The notes: generated from the letters alone by a model not told the origin. A DNA stretch of 64,000 bases from Epiperipatus broadwayi (GCA_028023455.1 JAQFVV010000006.1:17794001-17858000), one strand, 5' to 3'; positions 13,305-27,620 are shown, counted from the first letter of the stretch. A program made the numbers and translations.

Positions 13305-16300
13305 TATTGAATGAGTAGGCACTAGATGGGGATTTTATGCACAAGCCTTCTGGCATCCATTGATTACTCTAGCTTGCTGTGTGTGGCAATATGTGTAGTG
13401 AGTTTTGCCTGTTTTAAAACAGTTATACACAAAGTGGTCATGTAATTTTTATCAAGAGATAAAGAGAACCAGTAGATATTGAAATGATGGAGGTCACAAT
13501 CCCACTGTAATTTAAAAGTTTAAATTGATTGTTATTTTTATTGATGAAGCAATCTCTACTAACATTCAGCTTATTTAAGATTCTAATTTTTATATTTCAA
13601 AAAAAAAAAAAAAACATGGCTTTATTGCTCAGGAATTCATAAGAGGTTTGAGCATCAGAATCGTTCCTGGGACCTCCCGATTCAAATTGGATACTCATCA
13701 ACTGTGTCAAACTGTGCAGGGTTTTATATTAAATCATAAATAATCACAGGTGAAAACATGTCCCCCTCTCCCTGAATCTGTGATTATGTGTCATCTTTTT
13801 AACACAATGAAAATGTCCATTTAAGTGTTTCCATGAATGAAACATCCATTATTAAAACATCATCCATAGGAATTTACAAAAGATTGCTTATTTGAAAACT
13901 TGAGATATGCAAATCAATCTGAAAAGATATAAAAAAACCAAATTTATATTTAATAGCACTAAGCTAGCTTTCAGTGTTTAATTTTTTTAGATTGTAGCAT
14001 AAAAATCTTTATTAAATTAATAAATAGGACTAAAAATACAAACCATTTTATAATGAATTAAATTAAAATGAAAATATATTAAGAGATTTTGAGGAAAACC
14101 AATTTCGCAATATGTTTAGTATTTTTATTTTTAGAAGTAAAATTATTATTGCGTGAAAACAGAGATCTCTGAAGGAATTATTTGCAACACCCAACTTTCT
14201 TGTACATAAATATGTTGGGTTTTTTTTAATTAAGGGAGGAGGGGACTATATATACAATTTAAAATATATAAACTGGAGAATCAAAAGTTTTGGGAAATAT
14301 AGAAATTCTAAAACATCTATAAAATATCAAAAGTCTACGAAATATATATAATAAAATTGAATGCCTAATATCTAGTGATTTTTTAATATAAGAAATGTGA
14401 AATGACATTGTGTACATCCACTTCAAAATAGAACTTTTAGAATATACTGTATATAATAAAAAAAAGTAAACCTTTCAATACAAAAAATATAAAGTGTGCA
14501 TCCTAAAGATTTATTAATATATAAAATATGTTATTAAAAAATTACAGCATTATAGTTTTATTGCACAGTGAAAAATTAATTTTTCAAAATTATTGGAGCG
14601 TTGTAGTTGGAAAAAATAATAAAAATGTTTTTTCTCTGTGAAAGCTTAGAAAAGATCGTGAACATAATTTTGTGCAAATTATTGATTTCCTGTGACTATA
14701 TGAAAACTAGAATTGAAACTAACTATTAAACCAAGCACAGAACATAACACCAAAAAGCACTCTTGCTTTAATAGCAAGACTGACATGGGTTAGAAGTAGT
14801 TATTAACACTAAAATAATGAATCCATATGGAAGAGTTAACCATTTATTTTATCATTTAGAATTGAACTCTCATTAAGATTTAACATGCATAAGACAGATA
14901 TCTATTTAAATCATAAATGCCATTTTTTAACCTTTTGTGCTTTTATTTGAAGTAAAATATTGTGTTTGTAAGTAATGATTCAAAATTTATTTATTTTTAA
15001 TAGTTTTGGTTTTAAAAAACTTATTTTTATCACATTTACATTCTATATATTTTCCAAAATGAAGATAGAATGAGAAACATGCATTTTCAAATATTTTGAA
15101 TATTTGCTTGTCAAAGAAATAAATGCCTATATTAAACAATTATTAAATAGTAACTAATTAAAATGAAGCTGTAGAGATATGGATCATTAGCTTTTGATTG
15201 TTTGCCAACGAAACCAAATTTTTGATAATTATTTATACATATCAACTTTTTATTATTAAAAGGCGCCATCTGGGCAAAAAATGAAGTTCGGATTTAATGG
15301 TATTCTACAGCAAAGTGTGATTTAATTGGCAGCTTTAACATGTAAATTTTGCATTGTAAATAGCCCTTATGTGAAATTTCTTGGTGGTGGGGGGACAAAA
15401 TCTCAACATATAATGAAATAGTGTCATGTAATAAAGAGAGTTTATCTAAAGAAGAAAGTTTTAATCTATTTAAAACATTATGAACTCCGTATTGTTTTGC
15501 CATATCAATTATTAAGATATGCTTAATCAAATATTAATATTCTTAAAAAATACTTTTATTATACAATGAATGGATTTATGAAATTGTTACAATTTGTTAA
15601 CATATTTTCCCACTTATCTTTGTTTTTGAATTTTCTTATTTTTTTAGAATCAATAACATTAGTAAACAGGGTATAAGGTAGTGTTTATATACATTGATAT
15701 GTTTAATGAAAGAAAATTATGCTTTATAGTTATTCTTGTTAGCAATCATTTTTCAGTTTGAGTATTAATTAAAGAAAACACTTGTAACAATGATTCATCG
15801 TGAAACAAAAGTCTAATATATCAAAGTAAGAAAAAAACCTTTAGAGATGGGTATGAAATACAATATACAATTTTTAAAAAGCATAAGTTTTTAAGCAATA
15901 AGATACATAAAATTCTTTGTCCTAAACCAGGTCAATAATTAACAATAGAGGACTATAAATGAGCAACGACCATGTGTTATGAGTCGTTAAAAAAAAATTG
16001 TCACATTGGATAATTTTTGAGAAAACAAAGCTACATAATTTGCATAACAGTATGTATTTAAGAAATTGTAGATTTTCTTGCTATCCATTTTTTTCTCTTA
16101 TTTATCTTTTATGCAATTTTTTTAATTTACTTTATGAAAAATGCATGTCAAAAAATGAATGTTCACCAATAGAAATTTTGATTTATTAAGAATTTAGTTT
16201 TAAAAAATGTAAATGATGAACATGAATAATGATAAATTTGGAGAAATTGGAATTGAAAATTATTCACTAAGTGATATCTATCGTCTTTAGTCTTGAAAAG

Positions 16301-16449
16301 GTATAAGCAGCTTAGTTTAAACTTAGTGAAAGTTTATTTATATATAAAACATGTTTTTTGTTTTTAAAAGATTATTATTTATAATATCCTGCAATGTTAA
16401 GCATCCTTTTGATTATTTATAGTCATATTAGTAGCATAAACTCTACTGA

Positions 16450-18430
16450 AGGCGATCTTATTTATCCTCAAGTGTCTGAGGTGATATTTAAATAAAGTGT
16501 ACATGTAGCATTGTTAGAAATATGTCATGCTTTTTTAAACTTGCGCTTTTTGTCATGAAGTCCTAACTTTTGTTGGGTCAAAGTGATGATTGTGTTTAAT
16601 TTTATGCTCTAAAAAGCTTGATTTAATGTCAGAATTGGCTTTAGCGTGGTTATATTGATATGTGTGCTGTGCTACTCTGGTTCCAAAATTTGTCTGCAAC
16701 TCCCCAAAGTAAACTGCATTGCAAACCTAATTGCTGCAATCGATTTTATGTATATGATCAGTAAGTCTTGTTTTGTGGGAATAGCCTGCCCTTGGTATTA
16801 TTTATGAGGCCATTGTGGTCTGTGTCTAATATTATAAAACTTCTTGACAGTGTTGAGAGATTAGTGTCAGTATTCTATTTCATACAAATCTTTGATGTAC
16901 CCTTCTATGTTTGTTTTACAGTATGCTTATTTACATAACGTGAAATTTCTGTATAGGAAGCCCTTGAAATCTGCCAATTTATGCGCAGTAGAGGATAACG
17001 ATTGAGGATGAATTGCACTGCTAATCTGTAAGGGTTTAACTATCATTTTATTGTTGAGTTGATTGTTATCTCTTTGCACATATAGGTCTAAAAAATTATA
17101 CCTTTCAATGTGTCTTCCTATTCAATAGTCCAATTTAAGTGATATTTGTATAAGCTCTTGTTGGATTTTGATTATTTGTCTCTCAGGTGCACCAAATGAG
17201 ATTGTCTACATATATGACATGGTTACCATTTCTTATGCTTGCTTATAACTTATTAAAACAGGCAAAACTCACTATACGTTTTGCCACACACAGCAAGCTA
17301 GAGTAATCAATGGATGCCAGAAGGCTTGTGCATAAAATTTCCATCTAGTGCCTACTCATCCAATATCTCCAGACTAGTTTCTGGCTTGTGGCCGTCATCA
17401 GTGAGGAGCTTTGGATCTGAGAGCACTGCACCTAGATCTTAGGATCTAATGCAATCCTCTAGCAGCCACCTTTTATCTCCACTTAACTACAAAACTATGA
17501 GTCTTAAATTGAAAACACCTTAATATTTTCAATCCAAGCTCATTAGCTTATATAGTCATATGTATAGTGAGTTTTGCCTGTTTTAATAACAGTTATAAGC
17601 AAGCATAAGAAATGGTGATCATGTGATGTTTATTGGCTTAAAACCAATCCTGCCTAATAGGATAGTGGTGGCTATGGTTATTAAAGAACCAAAACACCAA
17701 AATGTATGAGTACTGAACTGAGTTCAGACCTATATGACTATATAAGCTAATGAGCTTGGATTGAAAATATTAATGGGTTTTCAATTTAAGACTCATGGTT
17801 TTGTAATTAAGTGGAGATAAAAGGTGGCTGCTAGAGGGTTGCATTAGATCCTAAGATCTAGGTGCAGTGCTCTCAGATCCAAAGCTCCCTGACGAAGGCT
17901 ACAAGCCAGAAACTAGTCTGGGGATATTGGATGAGTAGGCACTAGATGGGGATTTTATGCACAAACTTTCTGGCATCCATTTATTACTCTAGCTTGCTGT
18001 GTGTGGCAATACATATAGTGAGTTTTGCCTGTTTTTATCTCACATACATTCAGTTAAGGTACATTCTAAATATTTTGGAATAATTAACTCCTCAAATTTT
18101 GTAAGAGCAATATTACATGTAATACCACTTGTTGGAAGGCCCATGGGCTGTCCAAATTTTATTGCATAATATTTATTTTGTTTTCCATGGTTGTGATATC
18201 CTCGTTAATCCATTTTAAACATTTAACTATAAAAGTGGTTTTATTGGAATCATCTTTCGAATGCGTTAATAAAATCAAAGATTTAAACATAGATGAAAAC
18301 TACAAATTAGCATCATTACACATATATTTGAATTATATTGCTAAATTTCATGCACATAATCAAGAGATATTGTAGCTTTCATCTATGTTTAAATCTTTGA
18401 TTTTATTAACGCATTCGAAAGAAGATTTTA
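16450..18430 (-). mobile_element. Decayed Penelope-like element (RT then GIY-YIG), split by retrozyme A2, with a short 5' inversion
   Basis: Minus strand: KFGQPMGLPTSG...FEELIIPKY (18040-18170), YVDN then FLDLYV...KMIVKP...IHPQS...LYRNFTLC (16940-17213), and CNAVYFGE...GTRVAQH (16640-16730). Inverted arms at about 18248-18305 and 18370-18427. Confidence 0.8.
17219..18035. mobile_element. Family A retrozyme-like fold-back A2 (HHR motifs at 17366-17407 minus and 17885-17924 plus)
   Basis: Closely similar to A1. The + arm runs tail-junction-head-HHR-tail with period 451 bp (gttttgcctg at 17571 and 18022). Confidence 0.85.
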
Positions 18431-18929
18431 TAATGTATTTACCAAAGCCAATAAGTGTTGTTAACCACTAAATGATCATTTTTGCTACTTGATAATAATT
18501 TTAGGTTCCTTCAAAATTTATTATCAGCCTAAGCAGTTGGTTTATTTTGTGCAAATTGATATTTGCAAATATTCTCAGAGGGATGGTGGCATATTTGGAG
18601 ATATTTATATGTTGTAAATGCTTTATTACAAAACTTCCTCAAAATTGAACAAATACTTATCTTTTGATCATTTTTAATTTGAAGTACCTATAGATTTAAA
18701 CTTTAACTTATCAAGTTGAATGGAAATTTTTTGCTCATATTCACTGTCATTTATCTGTTACCCTTTTATGCAAACAATATTGTTATCTGGAATGTATTTT
18801 TTAATTGTTGTAATGTTAACCATTTTGTGTTGTTCGTCTTATAGATTTGTATTAATTACTTTCGATATCTTTCCAATGTCATCTTCTCTTTGAGAGTGAT
18901 TTTCTTATGTTTCAATATCTGCTATTAAT

Positions 18930-19160
18930 TAGACATTCTCATTTGTGCACCTAAGAGTCAACCAAAGCTCACACTTAAATTAGACTATTGAACAGGATGG
19001 CATATTGAGAGATATAATTTTTTTAGAGCTGTATGTATAAAGAGATAACCATCATCTCAACTATAAAATGATAGTTAAACCCATTCAGATTAAAAGTATG
19101 ATTTACTCTCAATCGCTGACATCAACTTCTGTGCATAAATTGACAAATAGTCAAAAGCAT
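18930..19160 (+). mobile_element. Second fragment of the same Penelope-like RT family
   Basis: Shares ctcatttgtgcacct...aaattagactattgaa...aaaatgatagttaaaccc...gcataaattg with the reverse complement of 16960-17210. Confidence 0.7.
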
Positions 19161-19299
19161 GCTTTGCAATGCAGGATATTATAAATAATAACAAAAAATT
19201 TGTTTTATATTGAATTACATTAAAAAAAAAAGAATAAAATTGAAAGTTTATTTGCATATTATATACAACATAATAAAATTCAATCCTATTCTAATTTAT

Positions 19300-19800
19300 A
19301 GTTAATGATGGGTTTGGCACAACAACTGAAAAAAAGGGTTTCCCTGGAAGTAACTCTGTGTCTTGTTGGGGTTTACAATTCAGAATTTGGCTCTTATATA
19401 ACAGTTAAATAATGAGTTAGTAGAAGACACTTAAATACTCTTTTTTATAATATAAACATTCATAAATACAGATCTTATTTTTACAATCAAATTAGATTAT
19501 GTGCCATCAAATTGAGGTGACCTTATAAATTATATTGCTATTATTAGTCTGATTGTGTGGTTATTTGATGAATTACTTTAATCCACAGCATCTTCAGTCT
19601 AATCACATATGCTTTCATCAAAGGTCGATGTTATTTGTATTTTTCTTTAATTGGTCTAACTGTAGGATCTCTGAAAAGATATGAACTGTCATAATTCAAA
19701 GAAGTCTGATTGCTGATCTTAGTTATTAAACCTCTGACAATATTTGTCTACTAAGAAATGCATTTTTAACTACCAGATCCTCTGTTGGATGATAATCACA
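19300..19800 (-). mobile_element. Possible highly decayed Tc1-type transposase remnant
   Basis: Weak minus-strand resemblance (TVRPIKE...RPLMKAYVIRLK, QQD) with many stops. Confidence 0.3.
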
Positions 19801-22800
19801 ATACGTTTTGTTTTTTATGTGGTTTTTATTCAGTACTCAAATTGAGTATGTTCTACTGCCTATCAGAATGAAACTTTTTCTGGTAAGTTTCTTTTAAATT
19901 AGTTTTTCTTAAGAATCGTGAAACTTTTTGATTAATCTACTACCCTGAAAATAGTATGTAATTTGATATCCGTTCAACATAATGAAAGTAAAGGTACTAA
20001 TGACACTGTTAGTTACACATTAGTAATTGTTTATTAATTTTTCATTAATGCAGCTTATAATTGAGCAGTGTGTATTCATAATAAATAATCTTTAATGCCA
20101 ACCCATGAATTAAATTCCTTCCAATTTGCTACTTACTGAAAACTATATCTTGGTGACATCATAATATAATTGCAATTAGCATTTGTCACTTTAATATTTG
20201 TAGCTGTTTTTTTTTTTTTTCCATATATTGTTTTTATGTTTGTTTCTATTAATAATGCCTTTTTGGATGATATTACAATCAGTTTTTGATTATCAAAATT
20301 TTTTTAATATTTAAATATTACAATGCTTTTTGTTATCTTTTGAACATAATTTACTTTCTCTTTAAAATTTAACTCCATAATTTTGAATCACAATGAGACT
20401 GTCGTTTCAATGTGCGTCATAGCTAACAAAGCCAGGAATAATATGGAATGTATATAGAAATTTTGTTTTGGGTTCTGAGAGTATTTTATTTACTTAATAG
20501 ACCAGTGTTAAAGTATTAATTTTGATGCATTATTATTTCGTTATTTGATTTGATATTGACAAGTTATAAATTGAAAAATTTTGTGAATGTCAATTAAAAT
20601 AATATAAAGCACTTTGAAGTATAGCTTTATTAAAGTAACATAATTGATTTAAAATCTTCATGCTTTCTCTCCAAAGTGTCTAAGATTAATCTGTAGATAT
20701 AAATTGAGATAAAGAAAAAAGCCAGACCGATATTTTGCTTCGGATTAAAAATATTTCATTAACTTAATAGACCAGTGTTAGAATATTAATCTTCGTGTAA
20801 TACTGTATATATTTGTTAATAACGAAAATAATTAATAAAAATCTTGAATATTGTTAATTCAGTGTAGGTATTAACACACCAATATATATAGAAATGTATA
20901 TTTACTAATATTTAAAAATTACATATACAAATTAAGACAAAAATAATTAACAAAATAAAATACTGTACTGTACATAAAACAACATAGTATTTATCCATAT
21001 TTAGTAAAAAAAAATTAAAATATAATTAGAATTCAAATTAATGTTATATTTTTTAAAAATTTCTAAACACATTCATTATGACAAAAATAATTACTTTTTT
21101 TTTTTTTTGCTATAAAAATTGGTGATTGATAGAATGCAAAATATATTATATTTAATGATGGCAGCTACTGTGATGTTTTGCAATCAATCAACAATAATAA
21201 TATAAACTTAAATATCAGTTGTGTTTTTACAAATTTTCTTTATTCTTAATTATATATATTTTTAATCATAATGCAATTAATGGATATAGTAACTACATTG
21301 TAGTTTTTGTTGTGTTAAAATTAACGTTTACTGCAAGGGGAGTTAATAGTCCCTGTGGAATGGCTCCATCCCTGGCATTTTAAACGTAAACAGTAGAATT
21401 TGGAAAATATAATAGAACATTTTTATTGACTGATTCTATTTATAACATATTCAATCTCTGTTTTCAACAACCATTCAAAAATAAAGTGGTAAAACAGTTG
21501 TTAAAGAGCCCATTTCAGGGCAAAATGTTCTCTAAGAGCTCTCATAAGAGAAACAGATAGTGAAGAGTCAAAATAAGAGTCATAGATCACGTGACCCTAT
21601 CTCTTAAGCTTGAAAGTTATAAACAAAGAGGATTGCCAATTCCTCTACAAGCTTTGTGATAAATGCTTAGCCAGAGCCAGCAGTTAAAATATCTCTGTCA
21701 GGAACTCCTCCCCAAACCCCTGACCCTAGTGAGTTTGAACAGCTTCCCAATTCTTGTTTCAGTTCCCGGTTACCTATTCTTTTATTTAAGTATTCAAAAT
21801 ACTCTAGTGTTTTTGGTTCAGATTTGAATACATGAATATAGGCATGTTCTGCAAGTGTCTTATCATAGTATCATGACACCCTTTTTACAATGATTCATAC
21901 TTTAAAATATCGGTAATTGTATAAACTATTTGTTACATCTTTTTTTCAAATTGTTCAAGAAGGATTTTCTTTCTCATTTTATAATTCAAAATTGAATAAT
22001 AATTTAATTTAAACGAATAATAGAGAGGTATCATTTTTCATTTATTAACAGCAGATTAAAACATGACTAATTATAAAATTGTTAATTGTGAGATATTAAT
22101 AAATGTCTGTTTCTAATGCACTTTTGAATTTTAATATTGACTCATCCCCCCCCCCTTCCACTCATTACAAATTTCTGAAAATGTAAATAATCATTAATTT
22201 TGCTATTTATAGTTTATATAAATATTTTTTATGTACTTTTTATTAAAAACAACACTTTAAACTGTAGAATATATATATCAGCATAAAATTTTTATATTGT
22301 AACAGTTAAAATAATAAATCAAAGCAAACTTTTTAATTTTATCCATATAAAAAAAACTTTTTGAATTAAAGATATTGGAACTAATGATAATGTCCTTGTA
22401 GCTGAAATATAATGTGCATAATATAAATTATAAACTGAATTACTCAAAATCTTATATAATATTCCCCTAAGTTTGGGTCAGTCGAAAGAGCATAGTTATC
22501 TGATTAAAAATTAATATTTTATTAAAAACAATGAATGTAAATCTTCGAATTATAATAGAATTTATTAGATAAAATGTTTATATGAGATATAACAGAGAAT
22601 GATGAGAAACAATATATTGAGAACGTATTAAGTTCTTTATTCAAAGGCAGGTAATGGTAATTAAATTAGTAGCATATTATAATCAATGTTAATATTTACT
22701 CAATGCCTTTACTATTTGGTTTATTGTTATATTGATTGGAGTATTAACTGGTAAATGGTTGGGATAAATGAATGAATGGGGGGAGGGGAACGTCTTTAAT

Positions 22801-25498
22801 CAAAAATATGCTAATTGATTAGAGTAAACGCTAAATGTGTTTAAGCCTATATAAATACATGCATATATAATTGTATGTACATGTAGAAATTTACACAACG
22901 GGTTTGTCTTTTTATATATGGATATCTGATTTCATTGTCTTGCTTTTTTACTGTTTTTAAAAGTATGCAGTCCATTTACTATAAACATTCTTTAACAAAC
23001 CAATTGTTTTGTGACCACATCAATACATAACAATGATGTCAATGTAAGGTCAGTCTTTTCTATATTAAATCTAAAACTGCTCTAATCTTAAAGCCTAAAA
23101 TATAACCATGAACTATCATTATGCTAAGGCAAAATTGAAATCAACTACATGTTAATATCTTAAATAATCCATTATATTCTAATACAAATATTTATATTGC
23201 TAAACTGGAATAAGTTTATAAATCAGCAAGGCTTAATCAGTCAGTCAAATTACATTAAAATGATCAGCTCACCCAAGATAATTGTTTTATAATCCCCATA
23301 TCTATTAGTTGATAGTGAAATAACATTAGTATATTTCAACATATTGGGCAAAGTCCTTTTCATTTAAATACCGAAATCAGAAATTCCTTTCCCTCATTCC
23401 AAAATTGTATTTTAAAACATTAAATAACTGCTAGAGGTGAAGGAGAGTGATGTATATTTTCAAATGTATTGGATGTTTCTTAATCTCAATATAAAAAACG
23501 CATTCTCAGCAGGAGCCTTCGTGAAAATGCTTTTGAGTGTGAATTATATCATTTTTATACCCAAAACGCTGATATAATCTGATTTTTAAAAGCTTTATTC
23601 AGCTCTTTGACCAATTAATAGTGATAATTTATCTCCTCACTGAAGAGATTTGGTTGAATGTACATATTGTAATGTGATTATTGTAGAATGGCTTTAAGTT
23701 TCCCACTGAGGGTTAAAGGTCTTGTGAACAACCTTTCATAAAGAAAAAAGGCATTATTAACAATGTTTATTAATTGTTATGTAGTAAGAATTTGACTATT
23801 TCCTCGTTCTTTATTTTCTGACCATTCTTAGATGATTAGCTGGACCAGCTATGGACTGATTGTATGAAAAAGATTCAAGTTTTACCAGCCCAGATTTGAA
23901 CTCTGATTATAGGCATGACTGATGTGTACATTATCTCTTTATTATAAAATCTTTCAACTTATACATTGATGTCTTCTTTTTTTTTTTTTTTGCAAATCTT
24001 ATTGTTTTATGAACTAAATTTTTTTAAATCTTTATATAGTATATTTCAATCAAATCATTGAGTGTAGATTGAGATATATATATAATAAACAAGTACAGTT
24101 TCCATTCTTGTGCCACCTATAGTAAGGAAGAGTAATCAGCATTTGCTAGATAGTAATGCTTTCAAATCTCATTTCCTGACAAATTTTTAGTCTGTCAGAA
24201 AAGCTTGACGTTCAAAGCTGAAGGCATTGCAGTTCTGCATTCTAGCAATAACTTTTAACTCCATTTTACTATTCTAGCTAAAAATCTGAAAAGTCTAAAT
24301 AATGAAAGGTTTTGAATCTAAGGCAACTGCTTGAACTGTTATATACATCTGATTCCTGGTCAGTAACTATAATTTAATACTCTCAACTCCTTATTAACTG
24401 TAAGAAATCATATCCCCTGACTTGGAATGTTATTAAAAGTAATCCCCTTAATTTTTACCTTATATAATAGAAAAGAAACAACAGATTGATTCTGCTAAAA
24501 AATAGTGTTTTGAAATTTTCAGTCTTTTAGTGGGTATAGTTAAGTGAAATTAAAGATGATTGTTAGGGTATAATTGCATTAATATTGAATTCCAAATCTT
24601 GATAAAAACAATGAGGGTTTAACTGCACTATTATGTAGTAATCTGATTATTCAAGCTTACTATAGATGGCGCTAGAGTGAAAATTTATTTTATCACTTAT
24701 TGTGTAAAGTAAAAAAATTAATTGGTTTGTTATGATATACATATATAAGTAAAATGTCTTTAATCAGAAATATATGTTTTTGGGGCATTTTGGTTTCTTT
24801 TAATTCATTGTAAACTCAAACTCTGCTAAGTTGGGGGGGGGGTGAGCTTATTGCAGTTAGGCTATATATTTACTTAATGTTTTTTCCCCATTTAATTTTG
24901 ATAATAAATTTGTATCCTATCCAATTTATTGACTAAGAGTCCTTTGGGAAATTTTGTCTGAGAAAATAGCTTTTGAATAATAGATATTGGATTGTTAATA
25001 TTCTATCTATTATGTTGTTATTTTTTAAATAACTAGTCTAGACATCCAGTATTGGTTGATAAATAGCTCTATTACCCCAAAGTTAGTAGTGGTTCCATGT
25101 TGATCAGATGAATATTAATGCAGTGATTATAAAAATAAAAAAATGTGATTATAATATGATGTGGCATTTGATTGTGAGAAAAGATGGTGGTAATCCAATG
25201 AAGGCTAAGCCCATGATTAAACCTTTACAGTAAAATCTACATTTCTAACGACTTATATCCAAAAATTTCACAATTCAAAATAGTTCGCAATCACTTTTGC
25301 AATGTTTTTCATCTTGTAAAGTTTCTGAAATATTTGAATGATGTTATAAATTTAGAAATAAGATAATATTTCAAAATGGCTATGATATCAGATATAACAC
25401 CTAGCATTTAAATAACTATTAATAAATAGCATTAAATATATGCTCAAGTTTTTGAGAAGGTAATTCGTTTTTCATACTTTATGACAACAATAGTGTCA

Positions 25499-25709
25499 TT
25501 TAAATAATGCAAAACTCCATACAGTAGTTCCACCCTGTGCCAACCAGAGTAATCAATGGACACTAGAAGGCTTGTGCATAAAATTCCTACTCATCCATTG
25601 ATTACTCTGGTTGGCACAGGGTGGCACTACTGTATGGAGAGTTTTGCCTTGTTTAATAACAATTATGTGCTAGTATGAGATAGTGATCATGTGATGATTA
25701 GTGGTTGAG
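25499..25709. mobile_element. Family A short fold-back A3 (post-ribozyme segment only), probable 11-bp TSD
   Basis: About 50-bp inverted arms (ctccatacagtag...gtaatcaatgga / tccattgattac...ctactgtatggag). caatagtgtca at 25488-25498 versus caatggtgtca at 25710-25720. Confidence 0.75.
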
Positions 25710-26129
25710 CAATGGTGTCACTAACTTTATATAAATTTAATCAGCTGATGCATGTCTTAATTTTCTTTCAGATAATTAATCCATTTAGTCACCAAGTATT
25801 AATTGGTTAATAGGTATCTAGAAAATATTAACCATAGGATAAAACAGATAAATCACTGAATTTCTCACTAACTTGAAATTGGCTGTAGTTACTTATTACA
25901 GAGCCCCGTGTAATGCAATGGTAAAGTGGACCTAGGGACTAAAAGTCAAAGGATAGCATTTTGATGTCACTTTCATGCTTGAGCATCATATGACTTCTGA
26001 AGTAACAAAAGTATATGATAGCTTCATAATTATAGGGGAAAATACAAGTAAATTATTTTTATTGAATTTAAAAATATTGTATCAAGTTCAATACAGTATC
26101 TTATCGAGCAATTGATATTTGTCGGAAAC

Positions 26130-27620
26130 TGTGTTAAGGTTAAAGCATCATCTTAAATCCAGAATTTATGAATCTACCAGTTCCAGGTTTGATTCCTATG
26201 CTATATAGCAACACCTGAAAAAGAGGGAGAGTAATAACTCTCAATGCATTGTGTATATAGTAACCTTTGTACTATTAATAGCAAGTGAATGTATTTGAAA
26301 AGTTTGAATTTTTCTAAAGACATTAACAATTTGTTCTAGAGGATAGAAATAGTTCAACATGTCATCATTACAAACTTTCAGTTATGTAAAAATGTTATAT
26401 TATCATGACAAAGCTTTTATAGTACACAATACGTGAGTGTTTTAAGCCTAAAAAGGAAGGAGCTGTTTGTAAAAAAATAAGTTTTTTCTAATTAAATAAA
26501 TCTGTGAGATTGGCACAATATTTATTGATGTTTTCCTGAAAACTTGTGATGTTTGTATTTATATATTGTACTATTTCAATTGTCTAATATCGAGTATTGA
26601 ATGTTAGAGCATTACCTTAAAATTCAATATTTGAGAATCTAAGAGTCCAAGTTCACTTCCAATGCTAGTTCTGTTACTGGTCAGTCCAGCAACACTTGAT
26701 GCACAGAGGATTGTGCATATACTAACCTGTGTGCTATCCCTAATGATTGTAATTGGAACATTTAAAATTTTCTAAAGACATTCAATACTTAATATTAGAT
26801 GATGGAAATAGTCCAATATATAAATACAATAATTATTGATGTTTATATAAATGAGAAAAGTCAGCAAAATATAACTACACATAGTGTTTGTCTAGATGTT
26901 TTGATGATAGGGTTTCAGTAGTAATATGTTTGATTGTTTTCATCATGTTAATTTTTTTTGGAAAAATTCAAACTTTTCAAATATGTTCAACTGTTAATAA
27001 TAGCACATGAGTACCTGGGTAAGTGATTTTTTTTTAATATCATTACTCTATCAAAAAGAAATATTTTGTAACATGCAATATGTTTTACCACTAACGATTT
27101 ATAACAAAACAATATTATTTTTTAAAACTACAAATTCGGGTTTTGTAACAAGTAATTTGATAAATTGAAATACAAGCATTCCTTGACTCATGTGAGTAAT
27201 ATTCAATCGTTATTATTCTCTTCAAGTATTACTGGCCTGACCAATGACAGTATTAGCATGTGAATCAAACCTGAGACCTTTAGATTAATGGATATTGAAT
27301 TTAAAGCAATCTTCATTTTTGTTGATAGTTGTCTTTGATGGAATAGCCTAGTTGGCTAGAGCATCGCTTTAAATTTAATATTCACAAATCTGCGAATCCA
27401 GTTTCTGTTATTATGCTAGTATTGTCTGGGGTCAGGTCAGCAACTTTTGAAGAAGAGAGGACAATAATACAACTTGAAAAGTTATGTGCTCCTACTAACA
27501 GTTGAATGTATTTGAAAAGTTTAAATATAATTTACATTTTTCTAAAAAACTTAACAATTACTATTAGATGATGGAAATGGTTCAATATATAATTATTAAT
27601 AATTACACATAGTTTAAGAA
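26130..27620. repeat. Cluster of four family C units (tRNA-like head plus HHR-like motif): +, +, -, +
   Basis: Recurrent ttagagcattaccttaaa...ggttYRattcc...ggtcaggccagcaacac(c)tgaagaagag...tgtgcatatactaacc blocks near 26140, 26600, 27300 (minus) and 27350. Confidence 0.7.
26211..26254 (+). ncRNA. Family C degenerate hammerhead motif
   Basis: acac|ctgaaaa|a-gagggagag-taataa-ctctc|aatg(GAAA decayed)|catt|gtgt. Stem I acac/gtgt. Confidence 0.4.

Larger units (their letters stand above)
12531..13443. mobile_element. Family A retrozyme-like fold-back A1: ~1.05 monomer (-) followed by 1 monomer (+), 12-bp TSD
   Basis: Inverted arms of about 400 bp. aatttttatcaa flanks both sides (12519-12530, 13444-13455). 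Period is 445 bp (aaaacaggc at 12529 and 12974). Confidence 0.85.

Noticed and set aside
13650-13715. Scattered tRNA-SINE-like heads (also near 23885, 39150, 40130, 59820)
   Set aside because: Too short and degenerate to delimit or assign.
16385-16435. Fifth A3-U8 hammerhead (atgactat on the minus strand, 3' of the 16.4-kb PLE)
   Set aside because: The core word is present but stems I-III cannot be formed.
17219-18035. Second, opposite-polarity ribozyme within a single family A monomer (viroid-like ambisense RNA)
   Set aside because: Only one HHR per monomer is visible. The two-strand appearance comes from fold-back duplication.
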